Notes under the pieces: generated by a model
Databases searched by the model: none
What the model saw: the letters and a program-made list of their open reading frames with translations, nothing else
What the model was told of the DNA's origin: nothing
In this document: positions 42,165-55,814 of the stretch, piece by piece
Position numbering within the stretch: the stretch's first letter is position 1
Layout: each line of letters starts with the position of its first letter
From: Eledone cirrhosa
Lineage: Eukaryota
Length of the DNA stretch: 64,000 nucleotides
Direction: 5' to 3'
NCBI GenBank assembly: GCA_964016885.1
Contig: OZ024743.1
Coordinates: 14,322,001 to 14,386,000 of the forward strand
Made by a program: the position numbers and the translations under genes

Positions 42165-42536
42165 TCTATCTGTGTGGGCTTTCTTGGCCATTGAGGTAAT
42201 GGTAGGTGGTCTGCCTCTTGCTGGTCTTGTAGGGCACAGGTTGCTAAGGTCATATGTGTCTAGGTAAATATTACTATAGGTAAGTTTAAGTAGGAGTCCC
42301 AACTCACCGGTGTCAATCCGACGGAACTCAACATTGCTCTCACTGATCATTTCTACGCATTTCTCCACAGCAAAATCCACATCAATAGATGGATACAGGG
42401 ACACAACATCCATACTATCTATTATGCAGTTTGTTAGGTCTCTAGATCGGTTACTCTCGCCGATTCTGCTGAGGAGGTCCTCCGTGCTGTCACATACATC
42501 TGGGAACATTTCAATGAACACTGGCGAGACCTTCAA
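42165..42536 (-). pseudogene. RT fragment of a second, divergent PLE-like lineage
   Basis: CDSTEDLL..IIDSMDVVSLYPSID (RT motif A of PLE type)..RGRPPTIT. Confidence 0.65.
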
Positions 42537-42599
42537 GATAGTAAAGAATCATATGTACTCTACCAACATGCTAAAATAGAACATAAGAGTAAATTAGAG

Positions 42600-44110
42600 A
42601 ACATAGAAATAAAAATAGAATCTACACATAGAAAAGACGCAATGTTTAGACAAATCAGAGAGGCAATAAACATAAAAGAATTACAACCAAAATTAAATAG
42701 AAAATATGAGTGGAACAGTAACATCACAACTTACAATTAAGGACAAAATGAAAACACACACGCTCATAGAACAAACAACCAACCTGTAACATGTAAATAA
42801 ACAAATAAATAAACGAATATAAACACACACAGACACACGGATGTGGCGCATGCGCAGACTGAGCACACAACACACACACAGAAACAAAATGGCATAGGAC
42901 AGAACAAAGGAGATGCACATAAACAAAGAAAATAATCCCCAGTCACTGAAGAGGTCACAGAATGTGTAACGAAAGAACTTTGACAATATATAAACAACCA
43001 TCTGATTATGGAACCAACCAACCAACCGGAAATTTATAAATTCCTAAATTTATAACTTTATTATAATAAATTGAAGTGAAAGCAACTGGTGCGTGTGTTT
43101 CTTATTGGCAACATGACCCTCCCAAAGTATAACAATATCGGTTTCAACACACGTTTTCAGATAAAGAATCTTGCTAAACAAATTCAGAAACGAAATATAT
43201 ATATATATTTGTTTCTATTACTTCTGTATTGTATTTATTTACTTTGTTCTTAACTCTGTAGCGAAGATTCATTTGGTCTCCTAGTTAGAATTTTAGTCTA
43301 CGATTTCTGCTATACCATTTACGTGGTTTTGTCTTTGCGTGCTATTGTTCTCCACGCTCCACATATGACTTATTATCTTCGTTTTTTCGTTCATTGCCAG
43401 AGAACGTCTCTATGCACCACCTAAGAGAACATTAGTCTACGACCTTTTTTATACCATAAAGGTGGTTTTGTCTTTGCGCGTAATTGTTTTTCACCGCTCC
43501 TATTAATGACGTATTATTCGTTTTTTCCCGTTCTTTGCCAGCGAACGTTACCACGAACCAAAGTATCGTCTTCCTGTCTTCCTCCGGTTGCAACGTTTTT
43601 TGAAATATCCAGTTCTGCGTTTACAGATTGACTTTGTTAGTTTCAGAAGATCCCGTTACTATATATATATATATCGTTTCTGAAATTGTTCAGCAAGATT
43701 CTTTGTCTGAAAACGTGTGTTGAAACCGATATTGTTATACTTTGGGAGGGCCATGTTGCCAATAAGAAACGCACGCACCAAATGTTTTCCCTCTAATTTA
43801 TTATAAATGAAATTTATAAATTTAAGAATTTATAAATTTCCAGTTTGTTGGTTGGTTCCACAACTGGACGGTTGTTCATATATTGTCAAAGTTTTTTCGT
43901 CACGCACTATGTGATCTCTTCAGTGACGTGGGATTCTCCTCTTTGTTTTGTGTTTCTCCTTTGTTCTGTCCTGCGCCATCTTGTTTTTGTGTGTGTTGTG
44001 TGCTAAGTTTGCGCATGTGTTACATCCGGGTACTGGGGCGTGTGTTTCTTATTGGCAACATGACCATCCCAAAGTATAACAATATCGGTTTCAACACACG
44101 TTTTCAGACA
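42600..44110. mobile_element. Cluster of non-coding HHR elements: 5739-family copies (42600-43196, 43675-44110) and 8590-family copy (43205-43658)
   Basis: Direct sequence similarity to 5739-7050 and 9790-10230; separated by short TA runs. Confidence 0.85.
42942..42984 (+). ncRNA. Minimal type I HHR (6552 family); a decayed copy lies on - at 43885-43927
   Basis: gtca-CUGAAGA-ggtcacagaatgtgtaac-GAAA-g-aa-c-UU-tgac. Confidence 0.7.
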
Positions 44111-44573
44111 ATTTGTTGGAGATTTGTTGAAGATTTCTTCATAGAAGCCTTATTCTTATAGTAAGGTCTATTCAATTTTTTATATGGTTATTTATGCTAA
44201 TTGGGAGAGGAAATGGTATATATTTTATCTGGTGATTCTATAGACATGTTTTATGATATATAGCTCTGATTATTTAATTTATTAACTTTTCATTGAGCCA
44301 CAAAGTGACCCGTTGCAAAACACGTATATATATATATGTATATATATATATGTATATATATATATGTAAACCTTTATATGTAATAATCTCCCGTTAGGTT
44401 GAGATACAAATTTGGCTGTATTGTGCTGCGCTTTCTAGCAAAAGGCCACCAGCCGTAAGCAACTAACCACACTCCTTCTAACCTGACCGTTGCTACGTCA
44501 CGATTCTTAGCCCTTTTTGAATTAATTCTTGGCACGACCACTTTGGAAAATGTATTGTCTAGATTTGAGCTAA

Positions 44574-44646
44574 TTTCTGAAGAGTCCGGTGCTCAAGGTT
44601 CCGAAGCTATCGGAAATCTTAAAATGCGGACGAAACCATGGTCGAG
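44574..44646 (+). ncRNA. HHR with canonical core, extended stem II, weak stem I
   Basis: CUGAAGA-gtccg..ttccga(agcta)tcggaa..cggac-GAAA-ccatgg-UC; ACCATGGT palindrome; GUC site. Confidence 0.7.
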
Positions 44647-45122
44647 GTAAATAGATGTATTCTCTTTTCTCATAGTTTATTGTACACCTAATTCTGTTTA
44701 ATTGACTGTATATCTGAGCGATTACGCTGTCGAAATATTCGATAAATATTCCGTCGCAGCCGGCGCGAAGGGCTGGTTTCTGTTATTTGTTGGAGATTTC
44801 TTCAAAGAAGCCTTATTCTTATAGCTTGGTCTATTCGATTTTTTATATGGTTAATTATGCTAATTGGGAGAGGAAATGGTATATATTTTATCTGGTGATT
44901 CTATAGACATGTTTTATGATATATATATATATATATATATAAATGTAGGAGGTGAGTTTTATTGTAGTACAATAAAGCAATGCAGATATCGGATAAGAAG
45001 CACTCTACAGTTTTTAGGACTGGAGTATACATAATATGGAGTATACTATATATATATAGATGGATGTGAATGTGCGTGTATGCGTTTGCTTATGTGCCTC
45101 ATGGCAATAGATATTATTTTAA

Positions 45123-45293
45123 GTGGATTGGCAGTATCGGTAGAGGGTCGGACGCCATGCTTTCCAGCATAGTTACGTCCCTTTACGATCTGAGGTTGAC
45201 TTTGCCTTTCATCCTTACGGGGTCGATAAAATAAAGTACCAGTAATGCACCGGTTGATTGTTGGCCTTGTGCCTAAAGTAGAAACAATTATTT
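45123..45293 (+). mobile_element. tRNA-derived SINE with B box deleted
   Basis: Matches the 48504 copy but lacks ttcaaatcccgccgag. Confidence 0.85.
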
Positions 45294-48200
45294 TACTACC
45301 TTTATATATCGTTCATAGAACCTATCCGTTACACCATATACCCGACTAATTCATGAAACCCATATATGTTTGACTACTACGTTTGTTCGATATTAACTTC
45401 ATGTTTATAATCGATATCTGCTACCGATGAAAATTACATCCCTTGCGTTGTAGCAATTTATTTTTTTCCATACATATTTATCTTCGATCTTGATTACTAT
45501 TTCGTTTACAGTGAGGTAATCCGGAAACATATTGGCTCATTTGTGCAATATTTTACTTCAGATTACCGGATTATATAGATTTTCAAGCTATATCCGTTAG
45601 ATGATTTGGATGCCCAACAGCTGTTTATAATGTATGCTATATGTTCGCTATATAAACCACGACTATTCTACAAGTTTACAATCTAATGCTTAGTTACAGA
45701 GAACACGTGGAAGATAAATGAACACGTGAAGGTTTGCAGAACGCAGTAGTTTTGAGTCAAATGCATTTAAGTACACTCTTCACTTATCGTTGGGTAATCG
45801 CTCAGACGCTTAAAAAAAAGGTCTTCATAAATGAAATGATACGGTCTTTCGTATAATACAGATACCTATCTTCCATTTATCCAAATAATCATACTCCACA
45901 AGGAATGATTTAACTCTATCCATCATGGTAGCCTGGATAATGAGAACAAGTATATTTTCCCATATTTAAAGTTCTCTTGCCGAAAAATTGTATGTAGAGA
46001 CGTAAAACGTTCAAGACGACTGCTTCAGTAATAAATTGGTAATTAACTTCGCGACTTGCGTAGATCTCACTAGATTTGAGAGTTTCCTCAGGTGCGTAAA
46101 CCACACAGTTCATCAACTAGTGTCGATTTGACAATTTCCCTACATCTCTTTACAATAGACGTCACCGGCTGGGAAGCTTAACAAGGAGATCCCTCGTTTG
46201 GTAGAAAAATCTCTCTTGTTTGACCTATTCAAAATTGGAATGGTCACTCGATTTCTATTGCTTAGCTCCCTTTCAGAAAATCCAGTTCACTCGGCACACA
46301 CGAGACAGTCAGAGAGTATCTTTACCAGTTAAGGCTTTTAACATCACGTGCCGAACGCTATCCTCCCAATCGGCCTTGCCACATATGAGCTCTTTAATTG
46401 ATCCTGTGATCTCAGCTTGTGGGAGATTAAGCATCGCTCCCAGATACACCTAGTGTACATCAGAAAATGTTGATTTGACACTGTTTAGCAGATCAGCACA
46501 CAATTCTCTCCACCACGTGAGGATCCAACACTCCGAAAAGAATACTACCCCAGAAGCATTCATAACAGTAGTCGTGGAAGAATATTTCTTATTACAACGG
46601 CTGTTCGAAACCAAACAGGGCAAACGGCGTATAGCGAGTCAAAATAGTCAGCCCAAGGACCAACATCGCATAAAAATGACGACGCCTAATCATTAAATTA
46701 CGAGGCAATTAGCAGGAAAGAGACAGGAAATGGGTTACAATAAACAAATAAGCTAAAGCGTGAAGCAAGGAAACCGTCATGAATAACATACATGACAGAA
46801 CGAAATACAAGAATACTTGGCCAAAGCAAATGACATTTAGCCTTATCACCTGAAAAAGTGAATCATGTATTATCTTTCAATAAAAAGGGTGGAACAAGAG
46901 AGTTCTGCGTACAAATGGATAGAGAATTCGAGTGAATATTCTGGATGGTAAGAGAGAATAAGAATGAGTGGCTAATTTAACAGATTTTGATGAAATACTA
47001 TCAATTGTCCGAAGTTTATGTAAATCAAACAGTGATTTACAGAATGAAAACAATTACCGATACTCTGCGATTTGTTCCACGTGTAAAATACAACTGTTTC
47101 TCAGATATCACAGAAACTTCGAGCCTTCGGTATTTTAGGTTTGGAAAGTACTAGGCTCAGAATATTCCAGAACCACTGGGAACATTATTACAACGGCTGT
47201 TAGGAATCAGGCAGGAGAAAGGAGACGAAACCAGGCATCATGCCTGCTCGGTGTCCATAGACGAATAATTCGTCTAATATGTGTTATCGTTAAATTACAT
47301 TGAGACATTTAACAGAAAAGAGACAAAAATAGAATAGCGTAGACAAATAAGCTGAACACATGACCACATGACAGAAAGAAATTGTCTGGAATAAAATACA
47401 GAAGTGGTGACAGAACGCATAAAAAATGAATGTTGGTATGATGGCCTGAAAGACAAAACCTACTACAATCTCTGAGCTAATCAGGACAGAAATAATTTCC
47501 TCTGGTTAAGAAAATGGGAGAACGCGGATGAAAAGAATTGAAGATAAGTGACATAAGATAGAAACACTATGGCCAATGTGAAAGTAAGTTTTTTTTAAAT
47601 AATGCATACCGTCAGAAAATTCTCTAAGTCAAATATCGAACGATACAAACTGGAAACACACTTTTCGATATTTAGTTGCAGATGTCGAAATGCAAGTATA
47701 TCGAGTGTTCGGTGTTATTAGGAAGATAAACTGCAACGATCAGAAAATAAATTCCCCTACCACTATCTCGTTCTCTCTCACTCTCTCTTTCCTGTTTTCT
47801 CCCCACCTTTTTTCTCTGTACATATATATATATACGTGTGTGTGTGTGTGTGTGTATCTGTATATGTGTTTGTGCGCGTGTGCGTGTGTGAGTGCGTATT
47901 TGCTTTTGTGCAGGAGTGCATATATTAATGAGATTTAATAATTGGGTACACCACACCACTGGGATTGATGAGTTAAGCTAACTTTAATTTATTTAGCGTT
48001 CAATATTGAGTAAATGACATTAAAAGTATTTATATAAGGAAATACAACTAATGATGTCGGATACGTTTTTCTATTATCAGACTTCCACAGCAAAATAATT
48101 ATTTCATTATAATTGCCGAAGTAGTTATATAAGATAATGTAGATAGATATACATTATAAATAGAAAACAAAGTAGAAACAATTATTATAGAGTGTGGGTG

Positions 48201-48503
48201 CAAAAATATAGCATTCCTCTCTGAAGAAGTAACACACGTTTTGTCTTTCTATAAAGTCAACATATATTTACATGTCTATATTAAACTTCGAAAATGTTTT
48301 AGGACATTCAACAATTCTTCCACAACTGCTCTTCACTGCCGAGGTCGTATGTTCCCAGAGCATATCCGGAGATGGCTTAGGCTCGTTCATAAAAAAATAG
48401 TATCATTAACTTTGAATTGAAAGTTCTTCATCAGGATTTAATATTATTAACTTCTTAGATGTCCACTCTAGTATTAACTAAACATTATTGTTTTCATGAA
48501 AAG

Positions 48504-48693
48504 GGCGGTGGATTGGCAGTATCGGTAGAGGGTCAGACACCATGCTTTCCAGCATAGTTACGTCCCTTTACGATCTGAGTTCAAATCCCGCCGAGGTTGA
48601 CTTTGCCTTTCATCCTTACGGGGTCGATAAAATAAAGTACCAGTAATGCACTGGGTAATTGCTGGCCTTGTGCCTAAAGTAGAAACAATTATT
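48504..48693 (+). mobile_element. Full-length tRNA-derived SINE with 20-bp target-site duplication
   Basis: A box tggcagtatcgg, B box gagttcaaatcc, central gcctttcatcctt..ggggtcgataaaat; TSD attattgttttcatgaaaag at 48484-48503 and 48688-48707. Confidence 0.93.
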
Positions 48694-49157
48694 GTTTTCA
48701 TGAAAAGATTCACTCTCAGCAATAGTCTTCGGTGGTTTATTTTCTTAAGTATGTTAAGTTTTCCTACGATGTCGTATATAATATGCTATATCAACAAAGT
48801 TATTTTCTTATTACTAATATGAAAACTACGCTACATTCTGTACTTCACTGACAGGGCCATGTCAGAAGAAAATGTTCCGGTTTTGTCTCACAAACGAGAT
48901 CGTATTATTAAAATATCATTAATATTTCAGATAATGTTGTCTATTACAAAACCACTTATATATTGCTCATTAGGTCTTTGATCTTCACAACATTAACACA
49001 TAAAACACTTAATATTTATGAAAGTTTCAGCATTTTGTATTGTCTCAAGACAATACAATATTGGATATACCATTAAAGTGTGCGAAATCAAATGCATATT
49101 ATCGATTTCTAAAGCAAGGCGATGTAAAATTATTTATGATCATTGAATATATATGTG

Positions 49158-49263
<106 letters not shown>

Positions 49264-49898
49264 GTAATAATAATAATAATCCACCTTTTAGCAAATGTAC
49301 TGGGGGGGGGGGGGGGGCAGCGCACCATCATAGACGCCCATAACGAAGCTCCCCACAAGAATTGAAATAAATCGAACACCATCGACAAAACAATAATAAA
49401 AAACACTAAGAAAACGAAGTGGAAACATAATGGACGAATACCAAAGGAACCTACAAAAACTATATTTTGTACACGGATCGTCCTTATAATATAATTTTCT
49501 TCATTAAAATAACGGATCACATGTGTAAATAAAGAAACTGAATATCAGCCGCACAACTACTCAGAATTTTAAATCAAAACAAAAAGAAAAACGATATATG
49601 TAAGTAACAAACTCTATTGATTATATTACACATACTTGTATTATAAACACAACGAAAAATGTACACAAAACAAACATGCAGATATACACACGTTCCCTCT
49701 TTGAACTTAAAGAAAAAAGAGAAACAGTCGTAGATCGGACGATACACGTAAGTTTTGTTTAATCTGCTATTCCGTAACACGAAAATTAGACAAATCATTT
49801 CCCCACTTATCTCTACAAATAATCTGAAACTAGTTGTGAGAACTGCATAAATATTTTTAGATATTTACCCAATACAATTGCTGAGTACATATTATTTG

Positions 49899-50083
49899 AA
49901 TTGGCAGTATCGGTAGAGGGTCAGACACCATGCTTTGACGCATAGAGTTACGGCCCTTGTCATTCTGAGTTCAAATCCCGCCGAGGATAACTTTGCCTTT
50001 CATCCTTACGGGGTCGATAAAATGAAGTACCAGTAATGTACTGTGTGATTTCTGGCCTTGTGCCAATAGTAGAAACAATTATT
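49899..50083 (+). mobile_element. tRNA-derived SINE
   Basis: Same A/B boxes, core and tail as 48504. Confidence 0.9.
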
Positions 50084-50818
50084 TGAAGAAAAGAAACAGC
50101 CATAGATCGGAAAACACACTGTTTATTTTGGGGGATAGGTTCTGTTTAATCAAAAATCCGACTAGTTATTATACAATCATCTCTGTGGCTGAAGATGTGA
50201 AAGGTGCATATATATTTTTAAATATTTCCCCAATACAATTTTCGTCTTTTACATTTTGGTCGATTGTGGCTAAATTTCAGATTTTGAAAGGAAAATGGAC
50301 AGTTGAAAGATCACATCTCTCTCCCACCACCATATTCACAACCACTTCCTCACACATTCACACCAGTAAATCCCGAATCTATTTTTAGACTACTGTCACT
50401 GACTGCTACCTACCTCACTACTCAGTGTCTAATGTGTGGGTATATATATATGGGTGTATATACATACTTGTGTATAAGTATGCACATGTGAATATATATT
50501 TATGTATGTGTCTGGAACCCACATAAAGGACAAAACAAAGGGGATGAACAAGAATACTAGCACCCCATTTACACCTCAAAGTCAAAATAGACAGAAAATA
50601 ACATCGGAGAAGCAACTCCTGTAAGCTACAATGTCACCCTACACACTACCACTCCCAGCATCCCCACCCCCAGCATTAATCTCCCTGCCACCACCACCAA
50701 CACCACTCACACCGCAAGAACATTTGACAAAATTCTCGTACACCTCTTACAGCTGCAACCATAACAATATTCTTCAATAAAAAAACAGCAATGACCATAA
50801 CTATACTGTTATAATAGT

Positions 50819-51107
50819 AATAATTGTTTCTACTTTTGGCACAAGGCCATCAATTATTCAGTGCATTACTGGTACTTTCTTTTATCGACTCCGTAAGGAT
50901 GAAAGGCAAAGTTAACCTCGGCGAGATTTGAACCTAGAATGGCAAGAGCCGTAACTCAAAGCATGGCCTCCGACACTGTTATAATAGTAATAATTGTTTC
51001 TACTTTTGGCAAAAGGCCAGCAAATACCCAGTGCATTACTGGTACTTTATTTTATCGACCCTGTAAGGATGAAAGGCAACGTTAACCTCGGCGGGATTTG
51101 AACTCAG
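50819..51107 (-). mobile_element. Two tandem 5'-truncated SINE copies
   Basis: Reverse complement of SINE tail and core at ~50819-50972 and ~50989-51107. Confidence 0.85.
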
Positions 51108-51429
51108 TCCGTGTTATAATCGTAATAATGATATCAGTGCCAGCCAGCAAATGCACTACCCAAAGAGCCGGGCAACTTTCCATGTACGTCCAATACCATG
51201 CGTAACGCAAGCATGTACTGCGTGATGAACAAATAAAAATTAATACACAATACCAAATCGCTTTTCCTATGGTTAATCAGGAAGCGCGTCCCCCAGGAAG
51301 GTGCCAACCTGAGATCGAAAAGTCCTCCTCTGGCACAAACTCCTCTCCAATTATGGACTTGGATGGTCACTTGATCGGGGATTGCCCCAACTCGAGCCTT
51401 CCAGATCCACCACCCAAACCACCTCAAAA

Positions 51430-51850
51430 AAGAAAAACCTAAAAGGATGAAATGGACCCGAGGAAAGTATAAAGAAGTAATATATGCATATTACTATGCA
51501 TTAGGTAAGCCATCACAAGACACTTTATCTCCTACAAAATTTGGAAAACTCGGAATCAAGCTAGCAGACGTGATATGGATGGAAATAAGTTGGCAAATGT
51601 AAGGAGGTATATCTTCAGAAATAATAGACTCACAGACACTGAACTAACTACGATCAAGCAGGCTGTGGAGAATGACATAAATATAAATCATGAAAGAATC
51701 ATGAAGAATCTCCTGGAGATAGTAACCAGTCGCAAGTCTTTACTGAAAGACCTCCATCTGACCTAATCACAAATAGGTTTGTAGAAATGAGAAGCCCTAT
51801 TGAACCCGCCGAAAATAGCCAGGATGGGCACTTAGAAATTAAATGCAACA
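51430..51850 (+). mobile_element. N-terminal fragment of another R4/Dong-like LINE
   Basis: KRMKWTR..VIYAYYYA..KLANVRRYIFRNNRLTDTEL parallels NWTKELN..CYLKS..KLAGQARVIRTNGWISELEL at 53120-53320. Confidence 0.6.
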
Positions 51851-52929
51851 GACAGATAACGGCAATTTCACCACCACCACCACCACCAATCTCAGCATAA
51901 TAATAATAATTACTATTATTATTGTCTCAAGTTTTAACAAAATGTTTAATTCCAATATTAAGAAAAATATGTCAACACATATACGCGACTAACCCCATAG
52001 ATTCACCGATCAAACAAAAATACAGTCTATTCAACAAAACTCAGTAACGACAACGCCATAACTACACCCACCGCCGCCGCCACCCATCCATCATTACTAC
52101 CACTATCCCATCACCGCCGCCACCACTCCTTCATTGCTGCCACCGCTATCCCCCCATTACCTTCTGTTAACTTACGAAATGGGAAGGTGGCTGTATCACT
52201 AAACAATATTAATAAACAAGATTAATATTTAATTTTGGATCAGGAATGTTAGAGTCGAAAAGGAGAAAAATGACAAAATGACTAAATAACTAAAGATAAT
52301 TTCACCACCAACATCACCACCACTACCACGATGAAAACTCTGGTCAAGTCGACTCAACCGCTATTTCTACTCCAACTTCAACACCATCACTACAGTACTA
52401 CGATCACATCACCACCACCACTGCCTCATTATCGCTACCGCCGCTACTCTCTCCCACTACCTCCTGCTAGTTGCTGCTAGCACAGCACGGCCACCACCAC
52501 CACCACCACTGCCTCATTATCACTACCGCCGCTATTCTCTCCCGCTACCCCCTGCTACATCGTAGTGCCCCCACTAAAAGAGGAAGGCATCAAAATATAT
52601 AAATAGACTGAATTGATGACCCGGTCAAAATCAAAAAAACAAAAATCAAAATCAAAGCAGCACAGCAACAACGAAAAACGTAAAGGAAAGAAAAATGAAG
52701 AGAAAAACAAACAAACGGACAGAGAAGGGAAGGGAAAAACTAAGTCAGACATTTAAACATTACGTTACAATGAAACTTATGCTTATTCATTTTTTTTTTG
52801 GGGGGGGGGGTTGCCTGTTTGTTTGTTTGTTTATTTATGTTCGTCTACAGCGTGATAATGCCACACAAAAATCACGTGGAGTGACAAAATCACCGAAGGT
52901 GATGAAATCACCGGTGGTTATGTAACCAT

Positions 52930-55770
52930 ACATTCGCCAATCCTCGATAAGGGTGTTTAAATGTCGAACCAAAACAGTTCGAATAACGGTGAAATGGAGA
53001 CTAGAATGACATGTGACAGACTCTCACCCAACAGGTACACCCTGGCTCACGCGGCAGGGACCTGGCTGTCAACCAAATACTGCTGGTGTCGGAGGAAGAA
53101 GAAGAAGGAAAGGGACCAGAACCAACTGGACGAAAGAATTAAATAGAAATGTGACGATATGTTACCTGAAGAGTAATCCCAAGGAGAACGGCTATAGGAA
53201 ACTGATGCATAACATCTGGAACGAGATTGGTCTATTTAAATTAGATGAATAAAAATTGGCCGGGCAGGCTCGGGTAATAAGAACTAATGGGTGGATAAGC
53301 GAGCTGGAACTGGAGGAACTGAGCAGAGAAATTAGCTTGGAGATGGAGAGTGGAGTATGCCAGGCAAACGAGCCAGTGGAAATGAAGATGAAGAGGTTGA
53401 GAGACCGGAGGAAGCATCCGAAGCAGACAATGATCTTAATTGCTGAGATAAATAATACCTGGAACAGAGATACGGCCACTGAGGAGATGAATGCTGACGG
53501 GCTAGGACAAGATTTGGTTGATATCCTAAACTTAGTGGTAGATGAATTGAACAATGATAGTGGGAGACCTATGAACCTAAGATTTGTAGACAGGAAAAAG
53601 TTAAAAGAAACAACAGCTAAGGTAAACAAAGTCATCCCATACCTTGAGGCGAGGGGCCTTCAACAGTGCAACACTATCCTCAAAGCAACAGCAAATACGG
53701 TGAGGAAACTACTTGGTATAAAAGAGAGAGGAAACAACAAACAAGAAAGCGCAGAGCCTTGGTGGAAGAAACGATTGAGTGGTTAAATCAGGGAAATGAG
53801 AAATGACATTGGAAAGCTTGAGTCCCTACTGAATGGGACAATAAAAAACATAGACACTAAAAATAGACTGGAAATAAAGTACAAAACTAGGAGGAAAAAG
53901 CTAAAAATTATCATAAAGGAACTGAAGCAACGAGTGCAAAAATCAGGCGATACGAGAACGGAGTCAGTCAGTATAGACAGAACCGCATGTTCGACAACAA
54001 CCAGAAGATGCTGTTTGGACAGCTTGAAGAGAAAGAAAGAGGCAACGACTTGATCCCTGAGGCGGAACAAACTAAAACATTCTGGAGAGGAATATGGGAG
54101 CAGGATGTTAAGCATATTTGACCAGGCAGTGTGGATTGAGACAGTACAGAAGGAGATTAGTGAACAGGCACACCAACAAACTGATTTGAGTATCACAGTT
54201 GAAACTCTTAAGGGGCAGGCCAAAAAACTAACCAACTGGAAATCACCAGGCCCAGATGGCGTGCAGGGGTATTTGGATTAAAAATATAACATCCCTCCAC
54301 CCGAAACTGACAACCATGTTCAATGACTGCTTGATGTCAGGTAGGTACCAGTGGTTGACAAAAAGTACCACAGTTCTGATAATGAAAGACCGAATCAAGG
54401 GTTATGATGTTACCAACTATAGACCTATCATATGTCTGTCCGTAATGTGGAAACTGTTGACAAGCATTATGTCTGAGGAAATCTACCATCACCTCCACAC
54501 AAACAACTTGTTACCGGACGAACAGAAAGGATGCCGAAAGAAGTCACGTGGTACAAAGGACCAGTTACTTATTGATAAGATCGTAATGAGGAATTGCAAG
54601 AGGAGACACACTGGTCTTGCCATGGGATGGATAGACTACAAAACGGCATTTGACATGGTGCCTCATTCTTGGATCACCAAAAGCCTGGAGATCTTCAAGG
54701 TGGCAGATAACATCAGACAGTTGTGGGGCAAAAGTATAAAGTCCTGGGAAACAGAGTTAACATCAACTGGAGAATCCTTGGGAAGCGTGAAGATCAAGAG
54801 GGGTATCTTCCAGGGAGATAGTCTGTCCCCTCTGCTGGTTGTCCTTGCCCTGATGCCCCTGACCAGTGTACTGCGAAAAGTGAGAGCAGGATACAGGTTG
54901 GGAAAGGGAGGGCTTACAATCAATCACCTCTTCTTCATGGACGATCTTAAGCTCTTCGGGAAGAGTGAGAAGGAGTTGGATGTGCTTGTTGGCACTGTCC
55001 GTATTTTCAGCAATGATATATGTATGCAATTTGGTATTAGTAAGTGTGGAGTCATTGTGATGAAGAGGGGTATGTTGAGCAGAAGTAACGGAATCCAGGT
55101 ACCAACAGGTGAGATGATAAAGGAAATTGACTCTGAAGAAGGATACAAGTATTTGGGTGTTCTGGGGGCTGATGACATCAAGAACAAAAAAATGAAGGAA
55201 TTGATAAGAACTGAATAGATTCGGAGAGTAAGGAGCGTATTAAAGTCACATCTGAACAGTAGGAATGCCATAAGTGCAGTAAATTTCCGAGCTGTGTCTA
55301 TTATTAGGTACAGTGCGTGAATTCTGAGATGGAATGTTGCTGAACAAAAAGAAATGGATAGGAAGTCTAGGAAGCTACTGACTATCTGGTGGTTTTGGAC
55401 AAAGAAAAAAGATCGTGCCTGATTCTGGATGTGGCCTGCCCATTCGACACGAGAGTGCAGGAGAAGAAGAGGGAGAAAATTAACCGATACCAGGACTTAA
55501 AGTGGGAGGTAAAAAGGATTTGGAACTGCTATGAAGTCAAAGTGGTCCCGATTGTCATAGGCGCAATAGGTACTATCTCAAAATTTTCCAGGGATGGTTA
55601 AAGAAAATTGGCCCCTTCACGCTTTTTGGAACGCTTCAAAAGGCATGCTTGCTGGGAACAGCAAAAATCCACCGATACGTCCTGAATATCTGAGGCTGCA
55701 GGTAGTGGCTTGATATTCATTTCAACAAACTTTCCAGTTAACTAACATCAATGACTGAGACTCAAAGAAC

Positions 55771-55811
<41 letters not shown>
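52930..55811 (+). mobile_element. R4/Dong-like RLE LINE, nearly full length, frameshifted, ~0.7-kb internal deletion at ~55387, (AAT)n tail
   Basis: EPWWKKRL, WKSPGPDG, NYRPI.CL, GTKDQLLID, RGIFQGDSLSPLL, HLFFMDDLKLF; jumps from thumb region to VVLD..LILDVACP relative to the 37451 copy. Confidence 0.93.

Positions 55812-55814
<3 letters not shown>

Noticed and set aside
46560-47600. Diverged ~600-bp duplication (ttattacaacggctgtt.. at ~46589 and ~47186); possible host exons
   Set aside because: No sustained ORF or splice pattern; probably old repeat debris
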